NCBI GenBank assembly: GCA_009923685.1 | Contig: RFTA01000001.1 | Span: 1 to 58,187, forward strand | DNA from: Actinomycetota bacterium | Lineage (GTDB): Bacteria > Actinomycetota > Acidimicrobiia > Acidimicrobiales > Ilumatobacteraceae | Direction of reading: 5' to 3' | Length of the DNA: 58,187 bases | Shown: in pieces, positions 45,698 to 56,163 of the stretch | Layout: each line of letters opens with the position of its first letter | Numbering within the stretch: position 1 is the stretch's first letter | Translations under genes and position numbers: made by a program | The notes under the pieces: model-generated | Seen by the model: the letters and a program-made list of their open reading frames with translations, nothing else | Databases searched by the model: none | Told to the model about the DNA's origin: nothing

Positions 45698-45709
45698 AAA
45701 GTAATAACA

Positions 45710-47011
45710 GTGTCAACAACTCAATTGATGTCGAGTCCTGAAATGGGAACATTCGACGCAGAAGGCAATTACACACCGCGCAAAGTCACAGAACGAGACG
45801 TCTCATTTGTAGATTCAATCAACGAGACGATTGTTGAACTCAAAGAAGGAAAGCTAGTAAGCGGCACCGTCGTGCGAATTACTCGCGATGAAGTTCTTGT
45901 AGAAATCGGTTATAAGACCGAAGGCGTAATTTTGAATCGTGAACTGTCGATTCGTCACGACGCAGACCCGAACACAATCGTGAAGTTGGGCGAAAAAATC
46001 GAAACTTTGATTTTGACTCTTGAAGATAAAGAGGGTCGCTTGTTGCTTTCGAAGAAGCGTGCGCAATATGAGCGTGCTTGGGGTGACATTGAAGCAATTA
46101 AAAACGCCGATGGCACCGTTGAAGGTCTCGTCATTGAAGCCGTCAAAGGTGGCCTAATCGTCGACATAGGATTGCGGGGCTTTTTGCCTGCATCGCTCGT
46201 CGAACTTCGTCGTGTACGCGATTTGGCTCCATATTTGGGTCAGCGAATTACAGCAAAGATTCTTGAACTCGATCGTCAGCGCAACAACGTCGTTCTGTCG
46301 CGTCGAGCACTTCTTGAAGAGAGCCAAAAAGGCACACAAACTGATTTCCTCGAAAACATTGCCGTTGGCGAGGTTCGCACGGGTCGCATCTCGAGCGTGG
46401 TTGCTTTCGGCGCATTCGTTGATCTCGGTGGAATGGATGGTTTGATCCACGTTTCAGAACTCTCTTGGAAGCATGTCGATAATCCGGGTGCAGTCGTCAA
46501 AATTGGCGACGAAGTTTCTGTGAAAGTGCTTGAGATCGATCGCGAACGCGATCGCATTTCTTTGTCGCTGAAAGCGACTCAACAAGACCCTTGGCAAGAG
46601 TTTGCATCTAGTCATCAAGTTGGCCAATTGGTTTACGGTCGTGTCACAAAACTCGTGCCGTTTGGCGGCTTCGTACAAGTTGGCGACGGAATCGAAGGCT
46701 TGGTTCACATCTCAGAGATGTCGACACATCATGTCGAGGCTCCGGAGCAAGTCGTAACTCCAGGCGAAGAACTTTGGGTGAAGATCATCGATCTCGATTT
46801 GGCTCGTCGTCGCATTAGTTTGTCGATCAAACAAGCTGCCGAGGGTGGTGAATTGGCCGAAGAATATCGCGGACAGTTCCAGACTGATGAACAAGGCAAT
46901 TGGGTAAGTGGTGACGATTCAACTCGAGAATCGGCGTGGGCAGAGTTTTTTGACCCGAATGCAGCGACTGCAGAGACCCCAAAACCAACCGAAGAACCTA
47001 ATGCAGGCTGA
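45710..47011 (+). CDS. rpsA: 30S ribosomal protein S1
   Basis: 433 aa with four S1 motifs (e.g. GTVVRITRDEVLVEIG, GRISSVVAFGAFVDLG, GRVTKLVPFGGFVQVG). GTG start; alternative ATGs lie at 45728 and 45743. Confidence 0.9.
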   Translation: MSTTQLMSSPEMGTFDAEGNYTPRKVTERDVSFVDSINETIVELKEGKLVSGTVVRITRDEVLVEIGYKTEGVILNRELSIRHDADPNTIVKLGEKIETLILTLEDKEGRLLLSKKRAQYERAWGDIEAIKNADGTVEGLVIEAVKGGLIVDIGLRGFLPASLVELRRVRDLAPYLGQRITAKILELDRQRNNVVLSRRALLEESQKGTQTDFLENIAVGEVRTGRISSVVAFGAFVDLGGMDGLIHVSELSWKHVDNPGAVVKIGDEVSVKVLEIDRERDRISLSLKATQQDPWQEFASSHQVGQLVYGRVTKLVPFGGFVQVGDGIEGLVHISEMSTHHVEAPEQVVTPGEELWVKIIDLDLARRRISLSIKQAAEGGELAEEYRGQFQTDEQGNWVSGDDSTRESAWAEFFDPNAATAETPKPTEEPNAG

Positions 47012-47045
47012 TTAAAAATTTAGTTTTAGATACGGTGAGTATCTG

Positions 47046-47639
47046 ATGATTCTCATTGGGCTCACTGGTGGCATCGGTTCTGGCAAGTCAGAGGTTGCGC
47101 GGCTGTTGACTAGTCGTGGCGCAGTGCTGATCGATGCCGATCTCATTGTTCGCGAATTGCAGCAGCCTGCCGCCGAGGTTTATCTCAAAATGGTTGAACT
47201 TTTTGGCCCTGAAGTGGTCGCGTCAGACAAGACGCTCGATCGGGCCGCAATCGCAAAGAAGGTTTTCAGCGATTCAAACTTGCTAAAGACCCTTAACGAA
47301 TTGATTCACCCGATTGTGCGTCGAGTCATGAACGAACGAATCGATAGTTTTCGCCAATCCGACAAAGTCGTTGTTCTTGATATTCCGTTGTTGGTCGAAA
47401 ATCCGAGAGAAGGTCTTGACGGAGTTCTCGTGGTCGATCTAGATGTTGATTTGGCTTTAGAACGACTCGTTGAGCAGCGAAACATGTCTGTCGAAGATGC
47501 AAAGGCTCGTATTGCCAAACAGGCAACGCGTGAACAAAGACTCGCCATCGCCAACCATGTGATTGACAATTCAGGTGACAGAATTCAACTTGAAGAAAGA
47601 GTCGAAGCGGCTTGGTCGTGGATTCAATCTCTCAAATGA
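47046..47639 (+). CDS. coaE: dephospho-CoA kinase
   Basis: 197 aa with P-loop [11 protein letters not shown] and DIPLL. Confidence 0.9.
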   Translation: MILIGLTGGIGSGKSEVARLLTSRGAVLIDADLIVRELQQPAAEVYLKMVELFGPEVVASDKTLDRAAIAKKVFSDSNLLKTLNELIHPIVRRVMNERIDSFRQSDKVVVLDIPLLVENPREGLDGVLVVDLDVDLALERLVEQRNMSVEDAKARIAKQATREQRLAIANHVIDNSGDRIQLEERVEAAWSWIQSLK

Positions 47640-49660
47640 GTGAACGCAAATTTGTAGTCGAGTCGCCATTCAAACCTGCCGGTGACCAACCCGAAGCGAT
47701 ATCCAAACTCGTTGCCGGAGTAAATCGTGGTGACAGATTTCAAACCTTGCTGGGCATTACTGGCTCAGGTAAATCAGCAACAATTGCATGGACAATCGAG
47801 CAGGTACAGCGACCGACACTGATCTTGGCGCCGAACAAGTCGTTGGCCGCACAACTAGCACAAGAGATGCGCGAATTTTTTCCGAACAATCGGGTTGAGT
47901 ATTTCGTCAGTTACTACGACTACTACCAACCTGAGGCCTACATTGCTTCGAGCGACACCTTTATCGAAAAAGATTCATCGATCAACGATGAAATTGATCG
48001 GCTTAGACACTCGGCTACTGCAGCGCTCTTGACCAGGCGGGACACGATCGTTGTGGCATCGGTGAGCTGCATTTACGGAATGGGAGACCCTGGCGAGTAT
48101 CGAGGAAATCTTCTCGAACTTCACACGGGCGTCGATTATGACCAACGCAGCATTTTGGCGCGACTCGTCGAACTTCAATATGACCGAAATGATATGACTT
48201 TGGGGCGTGGCAACTTTCGGGTTCGCGGTGACACGATCGAGGTGCATCCTGCATATGAAGAGACGGTTACCCGTCTCGAAATGTTCGGTGACACAGTTGA
48301 GCGAATCTCAGTTGTAGATCCGGTGACGGGTGAAACCCTACGTGACCTCACCGAAATCGTCATATTTCCGGCAACTCACTATGTCGCAGGCGAAGAGCGT
48401 ATGCGCGTGGCGATGCTTGGCATAGAACAAGAGTTGGCACAGCAGTTGAAGATGTTCGAATCTGAAAACAAACTTCTTGAGGCTCAGCGCATACGCATGA
48501 GAACGATGTTCGACTTAGAAATGATGAAAGAAGTCGGCTACTGCAATGGCATTGAAAATTATTCGATGCATATCGACGGTCGTCAACCAGGCGAGCCACC
48601 GTTCACCTTGCTTGATTACTTTCCTAAGGATTATCTATTGGTGATTGACGAGAGCCATGTGGCGGTGCCACAGCTTCATGGTCAATTCGCCGGAGATCGA
48701 AGTCGAAAACAAACTTTGGTCGAGCACGGTTTTCGACTGCCATCGGCTATGGATAATCGGCCCTTGCGATTTGAAGAAACAATCGAGCGTTTGAATCAGT
48801 GCATTTTTCTTTCTGCGACACCCGCAAAGTTTGAAATTGAACTGAGCGAGCAGGTTGTCGAGCAAATAGTGCGACCAACTGGTTTGATCGACCCAGAAGT
48901 AATAGTCAAACCAACAAAAGGTCAGATCGACGATCTAATCGAAATGATCAAGTTGAAGACCGCTCAGGGCGATCGAACCCTCGTGACGACATTGACCAAA
49001 AAAATGTCTGAAGATCTTTCTGAATATCTCATTGAACAAGGTTTGCGAGTTCGATACCTGCACTCGAATATCGACACGATTGAAAGAATCGAAATTTTGC
49101 GAGCATTGAGATTGGGAGAGTTCGACGTGCTAGTCGGTATAAATTTGTTGCGCGAAGGTCTCGATTTGCCAGAGGTATCACTAGTCGCGATTTTGGACGC
49201 CGATAAACAGGGTTTCTTGAGAAGTCAGACTTCGCTTATTCAAATGATTGGTCGCGCGGCCCGCAATGTCGACGGGCAAGTGATCATGTATGCCGACAAT
49301 AGAACGGCCGCCATGGAGTATGCGATCTCTGAGACTGCCCGTCGTCGCGAGTTGCAAATCGCATACAACTTAAAGCATGGCATTGACCCGCAAACAGTTC
49401 GCAAAGCGATCGGCGACATTTTGTCGGTATTGCGTCCAAGCAACACCGCGCCATTGCCCGGCAAAGGAAGGCGAAAAGACCGAGAGCGCGACAAAGTTGT
49501 CAGGGAGCTCAGAGCTCTACCAGAGAGCGAATTAGCCAGATTGATCATGACCCTTGAAGAAGAAATGAACTTGGCTGCTGAAGAACTACGTTTCGAGTAT
49601 GCCGCACGTCTCAGAGACGAGGTAAAAGAACTAAAGCGCGAGTTACGAGATGCCCACTAA
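47636..49660 (+). CDS. uvrB: excinuclease ABC subunit B
   Basis: ATG 47636 forms an ATGA overlap with the coaE stop. The sequence shows [23 protein letters not shown] and a C-terminal UVR domain ([10 protein letters not shown]). Confidence 0.95.
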   Translation: MSERKFVVESPFKPAGDQPEAISKLVAGVNRGDRFQTLLGITGSGKSATIAWTIEQVQRPTLILAPNKSLAAQLAQEMREFFPNNRVEYFVSYYDYYQPEAYIASSDTFIEKDSSINDEIDRLRHSATAALLTRRDTIVVASVSCIYGMGDPGEYRGNLLELHTGVDYDQRSILARLVELQYDRNDMTLGRGNFRVRGDTIEVHPAYEETVTRLEMFGDTVERISVVDPVTGETLRDLTEIVIFPATHYVAGEERMRVAMLGIEQELAQQLKMFESENKLLEAQRIRMRTMFDLEMMKEVGYCNGIENYSMHIDGRQPGEPPFTLLDYFPKDYLLVIDESHVAVPQLHGQFAGDRSRKQTLVEHGFRLPSAMDNRPLRFEETIERLNQCIFLSATPAKFEIELSEQVVEQIVRPTGLIDPEVIVKPTKGQIDDLIEMIKLKTAQGDRTLVTTLTKKMSEDLSEYLIEQGLRVRYLHSNIDTIERIEILRALRLGEFDVLVGINLLREGLDLPEVSLVAILDADKQGFLRSQTSLIQMIGRAARNVDGQVIMYADNRTAAMEYAISETARRRELQIAYNLKHGIDPQTVRKAIGDILSVLRPSNTAPLPGKGRRKDRERDKVVRELRALPESELARLIMTLEEEMNLAAEELRFEYAARLRDEVKELKRELRDAH

Positions 49661-49677
49661 CACTTTGTAGCCTGCCT

Positions 49678-52548
49678 GTGATGGCAAATCAGATAGTTGT
49701 TCGTGGTGCCCGAGAGCACAACCTAAAAAATATCAGCGTCGAACTACCACGCGACAAGTTGATCGTGTTGACGGGCTTGTCGGGCTCGGGTAAATCAAGC
49801 CTTGCTTTTGACACGATATACGCCGAAGGTCAGCGCAGGTATGTTGAGTCGTTGAGTTCTTATGCCCGACAGTTTTTGGGTCAAATGGACAAGCCGGATG
49901 TCGATTTGATTGATGGTTTGTCCCCGGCAATATCGATCGACCAAAAATCTTCCTCGCGCAACCCGAGATCGACCGTCGGCACTATTACCGAGGTCTACGA
50001 TTATCTGCGTCTTCTCTACGCGCGAATCGGAGTGCAACATTGCTCACGCGATATGACTCGTCTGTCGCGACAAACACCTCAGCAAATTGTTGACCGCATC
50101 ATGAAGTTCGACGAAGGTGTTCGATTTCAGGTCTTGGCGCCAGTCGTGCGTGGCAGAAAAGGAGAGTATGACACTCTTTTGCAAGAACTCGCGTCACAAG
50201 GTTTTTCTCGTGCTCGAGTTGATGGCGAAGTCGTCGAGATCAGTGAATTCTTGAAAAAACCTACTCGGTTGGCGAAATATGAGCAGCACCAAATCGACAT
50301 CGTCGTCGATCGTCTTGTGCGCCGAGACGGCATCACACGACGACTAACTGACTCGCTCGAGACGGCACTCCGACTGGCTAATGGAGTGGCAGAAATCGAA
50401 ATTGTGGATGGTGGCGAGCCAATCACATTCAGCCAACATTTGGCGTGTCCGAAGTGTGGCACCAGTTATGAAGAGTTGGCTCCAAGAAATTTCTCGTTTA
50501 ACTCACCATTCGGTGCTTGCGACAATTGCCTTGGTTTGGGCACCAAATACGAAGTTGATGTCGACCTTGTCGTGCCTGATCCAAATTTGAGTATCAATGA
50601 AGGTGCGATAGCCCCATGGAGATCGGCCCACACGCAATATTTCACCCGAATGCTCGAAGCTGTTGCCGACAGATTCGAAATTGATCTCGACAAAAAATGG
50701 TCGAAACTTTCGGTCAAGGCGCAGAAGATCGTGATGAACGGCGTTGACGACAACATGATGGTCAAGTATCGCAATCGTTATGGTCGTACGCGCGAATACA
50801 GCACGTCTTACGAAGGTGTGATTCCATGGATTAAACGTCGTCATGAAGGTGCCGAAAGTGACAACGCTCGCGAACAATTTGAAAGTTATATGAGAGAGGT
50901 GCCTTGCCCATCGTGCAAGGGCGCGCGCCTGAAACCAGATTCTCTCGCTGTGTTGGTTGAAGGCAAACACATCTCCGAAGTTTGTGGTCTTTCAATAGGC
51001 GAATCAGCAAAATTTTTGGCTGATCTTGAACTTTCCGATCGCGATTCGATTATCGCCGAACGAATCACCAAAGAGATCAATGCGCGTTTGGGATTTCTAT
51101 TGGACGTCGGCCTTGACTATTTAACTCTCTCTCGGGCTGCTGCAACGCTCGCTGGTGGCGAGGCGCAACGCATTCGTTTGGCTAGTCAGATCGGTTCGGG
51201 TTTGGTCGGCACGCTTTATGTGCTCGATGAGCCGAGTATTGGTTTGCATCAAAGAGACAATCACCGCTTGATTGAAACACTGCAACGATTGCGCGATCTT
51301 GGCAACACGGTGATCGTTGTCGAGCATGACGAAGACACGATCAGGTCGAGCGATTGGCTCGTCGACATCGGCCCGGGCGCAGGCGAACATGGTGGTCAGG
51401 TTGTCTACAGCGGGCCGGTCAAGGGCGTGCTCAAGGTTAAAAATTCGATGACGGGACAATATTTGTCTGGGGAGCGTAAAGTTGAAATTCCGGCAATGCG
51501 ACGCAAACCGGGAAAAGATTTTTTGACGATTAGAGGTGCTCGAGAGCACAATCTCAAAAATTTAAATGTAAAAATTCCACTTGGATGTTTTGTCGCCGTA
51601 ACGGGGGTCTCCGGTAGCGGCAAAAGTACTTTAATTCGCGACATTTTGTTGCCGTCGCTGATGCAAAAAATTTACAAATCAAAAGATGCGCCAGGCAGAC
51701 ACACCGGTGTCGATGGTGTGATGCATATCGACAAGGTGATCGACATGGATCAGTCACCGATCGGTCGCACTCCGCGTTCAAACCCAGCGACCTATACAGG
51801 TGTCTTTGATGATATTCGAAAACTCTTCGCGTCAACGCCAGAAGCAAAGGTTCGCGGATATCAGCCGGGTCGTTTCAGTTTTAATGTGCCTGGTGGCCGT
51901 TGCGAGGCGTGTTCTGGCGACGGAACTATCAAAATTGAAATGCACTTCTTGCCAGATGTTTATGTGCCCTGTGAAGTTTGCAAAGGTGCTCGATACAACC
52001 GAGACACCCTTGACATAACTTTCAAAGGCAAGAGTATCGCTGACATTTTGGACATGCCGATTGGCGATGCTGTCGATTTTTTTGCGAATCAGCCGCGCAT
52101 CGCTCGTCATATGCAGACATTCGTAGATGTCGGTCTCGGTTATGTACGACTCGGGCAGTCGGCGCCGACGCTGTCGGGTGGCGAGGCGCAACGCGTAAAA
52201 CTAGCTAGCGAACTTTCGAAGCGTGGCACGGGACGCACCATTTATCTTCTTGACGAGCCAACAACAGGTCTTCATTTTGAAGATGTTCGGCGTCTTCTAA
52301 TTGTGCTTGCGCGCTTGGTCGACACTGGTAACACTGTTTTGGTAATCGAGCACAACCTTGATGTGATCAAGTCTGCCGATTGGGTAATTGATCTTGGACC
52401 TGAAGGTGGTAGCGGGGGAGGCTTGGTTGTTGCCGAAGGATCGCCGGAGGATGTAGCGAAAGTGAAAGGGTCACATACTGGTCGATATTTATTGCCAATC
52501 TTGAATGAGTCGAAGACCATGAAGTCAAAAAAGATTGCAAAGAAATAG
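49678..52548 (+). CDS. uvrA: excinuclease ABC subunit A
   Basis: 956 aa with two ABC modules (GLSGSGKSS and GVSGSGKST; LSGGEAQR twice) and zinc-finger Cys pairs ([19 protein letters not shown]). Confidence 0.95.
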   Translation: MMANQIVVRGAREHNLKNISVELPRDKLIVLTGLSGSGKSSLAFDTIYAEGQRRYVESLSSYARQFLGQMDKPDVDLIDGLSPAISIDQKSSSRNPRSTVGTITEVYDYLRLLYARIGVQHCSRDMTRLSRQTPQQIVDRIMKFDEGVRFQVLAPVVRGRKGEYDTLLQELASQGFSRARVDGEVVEISEFLKKPTRLAKYEQHQIDIVVDRLVRRDGITRRLTDSLETALRLANGVAEIEIVDGGEPITFSQHLACPKCGTSYEELAPRNFSFNSPFGACDNCLGLGTKYEVDVDLVVPDPNLSINEGAIAPWRSAHTQYFTRMLEAVADRFEIDLDKKWSKLSVKAQKIVMNGVDDNMMVKYRNRYGRTREYSTSYEGVIPWIKRRHEGAESDNAREQFESYMREVPCPSCKGARLKPDSLAVLVEGKHISEVCGLSIGESAKFLADLELSDRDSIIAERITKEINARLGFLLDVGLDYLTLSRAAATLAGGEAQRIRLASQIGSGLVGTLYVLDEPSIGLHQRDNHRLIETLQRLRDLGNTVIVVEHDEDTIRSSDWLVDIGPGAGEHGGQVVYSGPVKGVLKVKNSMTGQYLSGERKVEIPAMRRKPGKDFLTIRGAREHNLKNLNVKIPLGCFVAVTGVSGSGKSTLIRDILLPSLMQKIYKSKDAPGRHTGVDGVMHIDKVIDMDQSPIGRTPRSNPATYTGVFDDIRKLFASTPEAKVRGYQPGRFSFNVPGGRCEACSGDGTIKIEMHFLPDVYVPCEVCKGARYNRDTLDITFKGKSIADILDMPIGDAVDFFANQPRIARHMQTFVDVGLGYVRLGQSAPTLSGGEAQRVKLASELSKRGTGRTIYLLDEPTTGLHFEDVRRLLIVLARLVDTGNTVLVIEHNLDVIKSADWVIDLGPEGGSGGGLVVAEGSPEDVAKVKGSHTGRYLLPILNESKTMKSKKIAKK

Positions 52549-52557
52549 TTTTCGATC

Positions 52558-54435
52558 ATGCAACGCCCATCGGGTGTAATACCTGAGACGCCAGGTTCTT
52601 ACCAATTCAAAGACGGCGCAGGCCGAGTGATTTACGTCGGCAAGGCCAACAATCTGCGCGCCCGTATAAATAGTTATTTTGCCAAGGCCGACAGTCTGCA
52701 CCCGCGAACAAGCAACATGGTTAGTGCGGCCCACAGCGTCGAATGGATCGAGGTACGCAACGAAATTGAAGCTTTGATCCTCGAACACAGTCTCATCAAC
52801 CGATTTTCGCCGAGATTCAATATTCGACTTAGAGACGACAAGAGTTACCCGTTTCTGGCGGTGACGGTTGATGAGCAGTGGCCTCGGGCAATGGTCATGC
52901 GTGGACGCAAGCGAAAAGGCACACGATATTTTGGGCCTTACCCACACCCTTGGGCGATTCACGAGACACTTGATTTGTTGTTGAAGTCTTTTCCGATTCG
53001 TACCTGTTCAGCAGCGACGTTCAAACAGCACGAGAGTCTCGGTCGACCGTGCCTGCTCTTTCACATAGAAAAGTGTTCTGGACCATGTGTCGGTTCAGTC
53101 GATGGCGCACGATACCAAAGTTTCGTCAACGATTTTTTGAGCGTTATGGACGGCGATAGTGAGAATGTCGTGTCGGCGCTAGAAGAGCAGATGACCGAGA
53201 GTTCAAGAGCACAAGAATTCGAGCGTGCTGCAAAATTTCGCGATCAAATTGAAGCCATAAAATTGGCGCTCGAGCGCCAACAAATGGTCGGTGAGCGCGA
53301 CGAAGATCTTGACGTTATTGGTGTCGCTGAGGACGAGTTTGAGGCTGCAGTGCAGATTTTTTATGTTCGAAAAGGTCGTGTAGTTGGTCGAAAAGGTTTC
53401 ATTGTCGACAAAGTTGAAGAAGTTACTAGCGAAGGTTTGGTGGCGTTGATTGTTGAGCGACTTTATAGCGAGACGCCAATTTTGGGCATTCCTAAGATTG
53501 TGGTTTTGCCGCATGAACCTGATCGACGCGATGTGCTCGAGCAATGGTTGACACTAACTCGCAAATCAAAAGTTGAAATTCGGGTTCCGTTTCGCGGTGA
53601 CAAGCGAGAGCTGCACGAGTTGGTGACTCAAAATGCAAAGCAAGAATTGAATCGCCATCGGCTCCGTCGCGCTTCTGATCACACCGCGAGATCGCGAGCG
53701 TTGGGTGAGTTGCAAGATCTTCTGGGTCTTCCCGAGGCACCCTTGCGTATCGAGTGCTACGACATGGCTCATCTTCAGGGCACCGATTATGTCGGCTCAA
53801 TGGTCGTGCTCGAGGACGGTCTGCCGCTAAAGCGCGACTATCGACGCTTCAAGATCAAAAGCTTCGAAGGAAACGACGATTATGCGGCGATGCGCGAGGT
53901 GCTTACGAGGCGCTTGACCGCGTATATAAACGAGCGAGACCAACCTATTAACGAGCGAGGTGAGCGTCCGGGCAAGTTTTCTTATGCGCCGCAACTTTTG
54001 CTTGTCGACGGTGGCAAAGGACAGTTAAGCGTGGCCGAAAAAGTAGTAAAAGAGTTGGGGCTTGCACATGAAATTCCTGTTGCGTCATTGGCAAAGAAGC
54101 TAGAAGAAGTTTTCGTTCCTGGTCGAAGTGAGCCCGTAGAAGTGCCGCGGGGAAGTGATGCTTTGTTCATGTTGCAGGTTATTCGCGACGAGGCGCATAG
54201 GTTCGCTAATCGGTTTCATCGCGAACTTCGCGGTAAGCGTATGACTAAAAGCGAACTTGAAGGCATCCCTGGTTTAGGGCCTGCGAGGATCAAAAAACTC
54301 GTTGCCGCACTTGGCGGGATGAGCCAAGTCAAAAAAGCAACTCGCGATCAACTGTCCGAACTGAAATGGCTACCAAACAACACAGCAGACGCGGTGTATC
54401 TACGGTTTCATTCTTCATCTGATGCGACACAATAG
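52558..54435 (+). CDS. uvrC: excinuclease ABC subunit C
   Basis: 625 aa with a GIY-YIG N-terminus (GSYQFKD..VIYVGKA), a UVR domain (FERAAKFRDQIEA), an endonuclease V-like region and a C-terminal HhH (IPGLGPARIKKL). Confidence 0.95.
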   Translation: MQRPSGVIPETPGSYQFKDGAGRVIYVGKANNLRARINSYFAKADSLHPRTSNMVSAAHSVEWIEVRNEIEALILEHSLINRFSPRFNIRLRDDKSYPFLAVTVDEQWPRAMVMRGRKRKGTRYFGPYPHPWAIHETLDLLLKSFPIRTCSAATFKQHESLGRPCLLFHIEKCSGPCVGSVDGARYQSFVNDFLSVMDGDSENVVSALEEQMTESSRAQEFERAAKFRDQIEAIKLALERQQMVGERDEDLDVIGVAEDEFEAAVQIFYVRKGRVVGRKGFIVDKVEEVTSEGLVALIVERLYSETPILGIPKIVVLPHEPDRRDVLEQWLTLTRKSKVEIRVPFRGDKRELHELVTQNAKQELNRHRLRRASDHTARSRALGELQDLLGLPEAPLRIECYDMAHLQGTDYVGSMVVLEDGLPLKRDYRRFKIKSFEGNDDYAAMREVLTRRLTAYINERDQPINERGERPGKFSYAPQLLLVDGGKGQLSVAEKVVKELGLAHEIPVASLAKKLEEVFVPGRSEPVEVPRGSDALFMLQVIRDEAHRFANRFHRELRGKRMTKSELEGIPGLGPARIKKLVAALGGMSQVKKATRDQLSELKWLPNNTADAVYLRFHSSSDATQ

Positions 54436-54450
54436 ATAGCCTGTCTAGAA

Positions 54451-55126
54451 GTGGCTGACATACTCTTAATCGCAGGTCTATCTGGTGCGGGTCGCTCGCA
54501 AGCTGCCGATGACTTAGAAGACTTGGGTTGGTTTGTTGTGGACAATATGCCAACTGAACTGATTGACAAAGTAGTCGAGATTGCAGCTGCAGGCGAATCG
54601 CTATCAAAACTCGCGCTTGTGGTTGGAACTCCGACAGCACAACTTGGTGTGATTGAGGTGTTGGGCTGACCTAGTGATTGACACGTCAAACTTGACTGTT
54701 CATCAATTGAAATCGCAACTCGGTGAGCTATTCACCCAAGATGGTGTGTTGGATGCAATGCAAGTATCTGTGGTCTCGTTTGGATACAAACATGGTTTGC
54801 CTCTTGATGTTGATTTGGTCTTTGATGTTCGGTTCTTGCCAAATCCTCATTGGGATGAAAGCTTGCGTCCGCTATCCGGTCTCGATCTGCCAGTGCGCAA
54901 TTTTGTGCTGTCGCAAGAACTCTCTGGAAGATTCTTGGATCAGTTGAGTCAAATGTTGACGGTTCTTTTGCCGGCATATCGAGATGAAGGCAAGAGTTAT
55001 CTGACAATTGCTATTGGTTGCACAGGAGGTCGACATCGTTCGGTAGTTATCGCCGAACAGTTGAAGATTTGGCTGTCAAATAATGCACACCATCCACGCG
55101 TCACCCATCGGGACATTTCTCGCTAA
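54451..55126 (+). pseudogene. rapZ: rapZ (RNase adapter / P-loop ATPase YvcJ family) disrupted by an internal deletion and a frameshift
   Basis: Two ORFs lie in different frames. ORF 54451-54669 carries the N-terminus with Walker A (GLSGAGRS..LEDLGWFVVDNMP). ORF 54653-55126 carries the C-terminal domain (ADLVIDTS.. FGYKHGLPLDVDLVFDVRFLPNPHW .. IAIGCTGGRHRS). About 55-65 residues present in the B. subtilis and M. tuberculosis homologs are missing. That segment includes the Walker B region and the RRSHPL region. Confidence 0.7.
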
Positions 55127-55152
55127 AACTTCAGTCAGACTAAGATTTGCGC

Positions 55153-56163
55153 ATGACAATTCGAGTGGGAATAAATGGTTTTGGTCGTATTGGTCGAAAT
55201 TTTTATCGAGCAATCCGGCAATCTGGCGCTGACATCGAAATAGTTGCCGTGAACGATTTGGGTGCCATCAAGACGATGGCACATTTGCTCAAATATGACT
55301 CGGTACTTGGTGTTTTACCGAACAAAATTGAAGCGGTTGACGAGGGAATAAGCATTGATTCAAAATTGCTAAAAGTTTTATCGAAGCGTGACCCAAAAGA
55401 ATTGGGGTGGGGGTCGCTCGGCGTCGATGTTGTCATCGAGTCAACCGGTTTTTTCACTGAGCGTGACAAGGCCGCTTCTCATCTAGAGGCAGGTGCAAAG
55501 TGCGTCGTTGTTTCAGCGCCCGCGACAAATGCAGATGCGACTTTCGTATATGGCGTCAATCACAAAGACTTTGATCCTAAAAAACATAAGGTCGTTTCTA
55601 ACGCCAGTTGCACAACCAATTGCTTCGTGCCGCTCGTAAAAGTTTTAGACGATGCTTTCGGTGTCGAAAACGGTTTGATGACCACCATTCACGCATACAC
55701 CGGTGATCAATCGATTGTTGACTCTCCTCACAGCGATTTACGACGGGCTCGCGCGGCGGCGATCAATATCATTCCAACAAGTACTGGCGCGGCACGTGCA
55801 ACAAGCCTGGTGATGCAGTCGATGAAGGGCAAACTCGATGGCACGTCGCTGAGGGTGCCGGTGCCGACAGGATCAATCACCGACTTCGTAGCAAATCTAA
55901 AGAGCCCGGCGACAGTTGACGAAATTAATGCGGCTTATAAAACAGCCGCAGCAGGTGAACTGAAGGGAATTCTTGAATATTGCATCGACCCGATTGTCTC
56001 GAGCGATGTTGTCACCAATCCGCACAGTTGTGTGTTCGACAAAGATCTAACAATGAGCATGGGCACTCTGGTCAAAGTGCTCGGTTGGTATGACAACGAA
56101 TGGGGTTATTCGAATCGACTCGTCGACATGACTTCGTTTATTGGGGCAGCACTCAGTCGCTAA
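55153..56163 (+). CDS. gap: glyceraldehyde-3-phosphate dehydrogenase (type I)
   Basis: INGFGRIGR and the active site SNASCTTNC. ATG 55153 was chosen; the track ORF starts at TTG 55147. Confidence 0.95.
   Translation: MTIRVGINGFGRIGRNFYRAIRQSGADIEIVAVNDLGAIKTMAHLLKYDSVLGVLPNKIEAVDEGISIDSKLLKVLSKRDPKELGWGSLGVDVVIESTGFFTERDKAASHLEAGAKCVVVSAPATNADATFVYGVNHKDFDPKKHKVVSNASCTTNCFVPLVKVLDDAFGVENGLMTTIHAYTGDQSIVDSPHSDLRRARAAAINIIPTSTGAARATSLVMQSMKGKLDGTSLRVPVPTGSITDFVANLKSPATVDEINAAYKTAAAGELKGILEYCIDPIVSSDVVTNPHSCVFDKDLTMSMGTLVKVLGWYDNEWGYSNRLVDMTSFIGAALSR

Noticed and set aside
52525-52962. 145-aa minus-strand ORF across the uvrA/uvrC junction
   Set aside because: It is antisense to the GIY-YIG domain of uvrC and has no supporting features.
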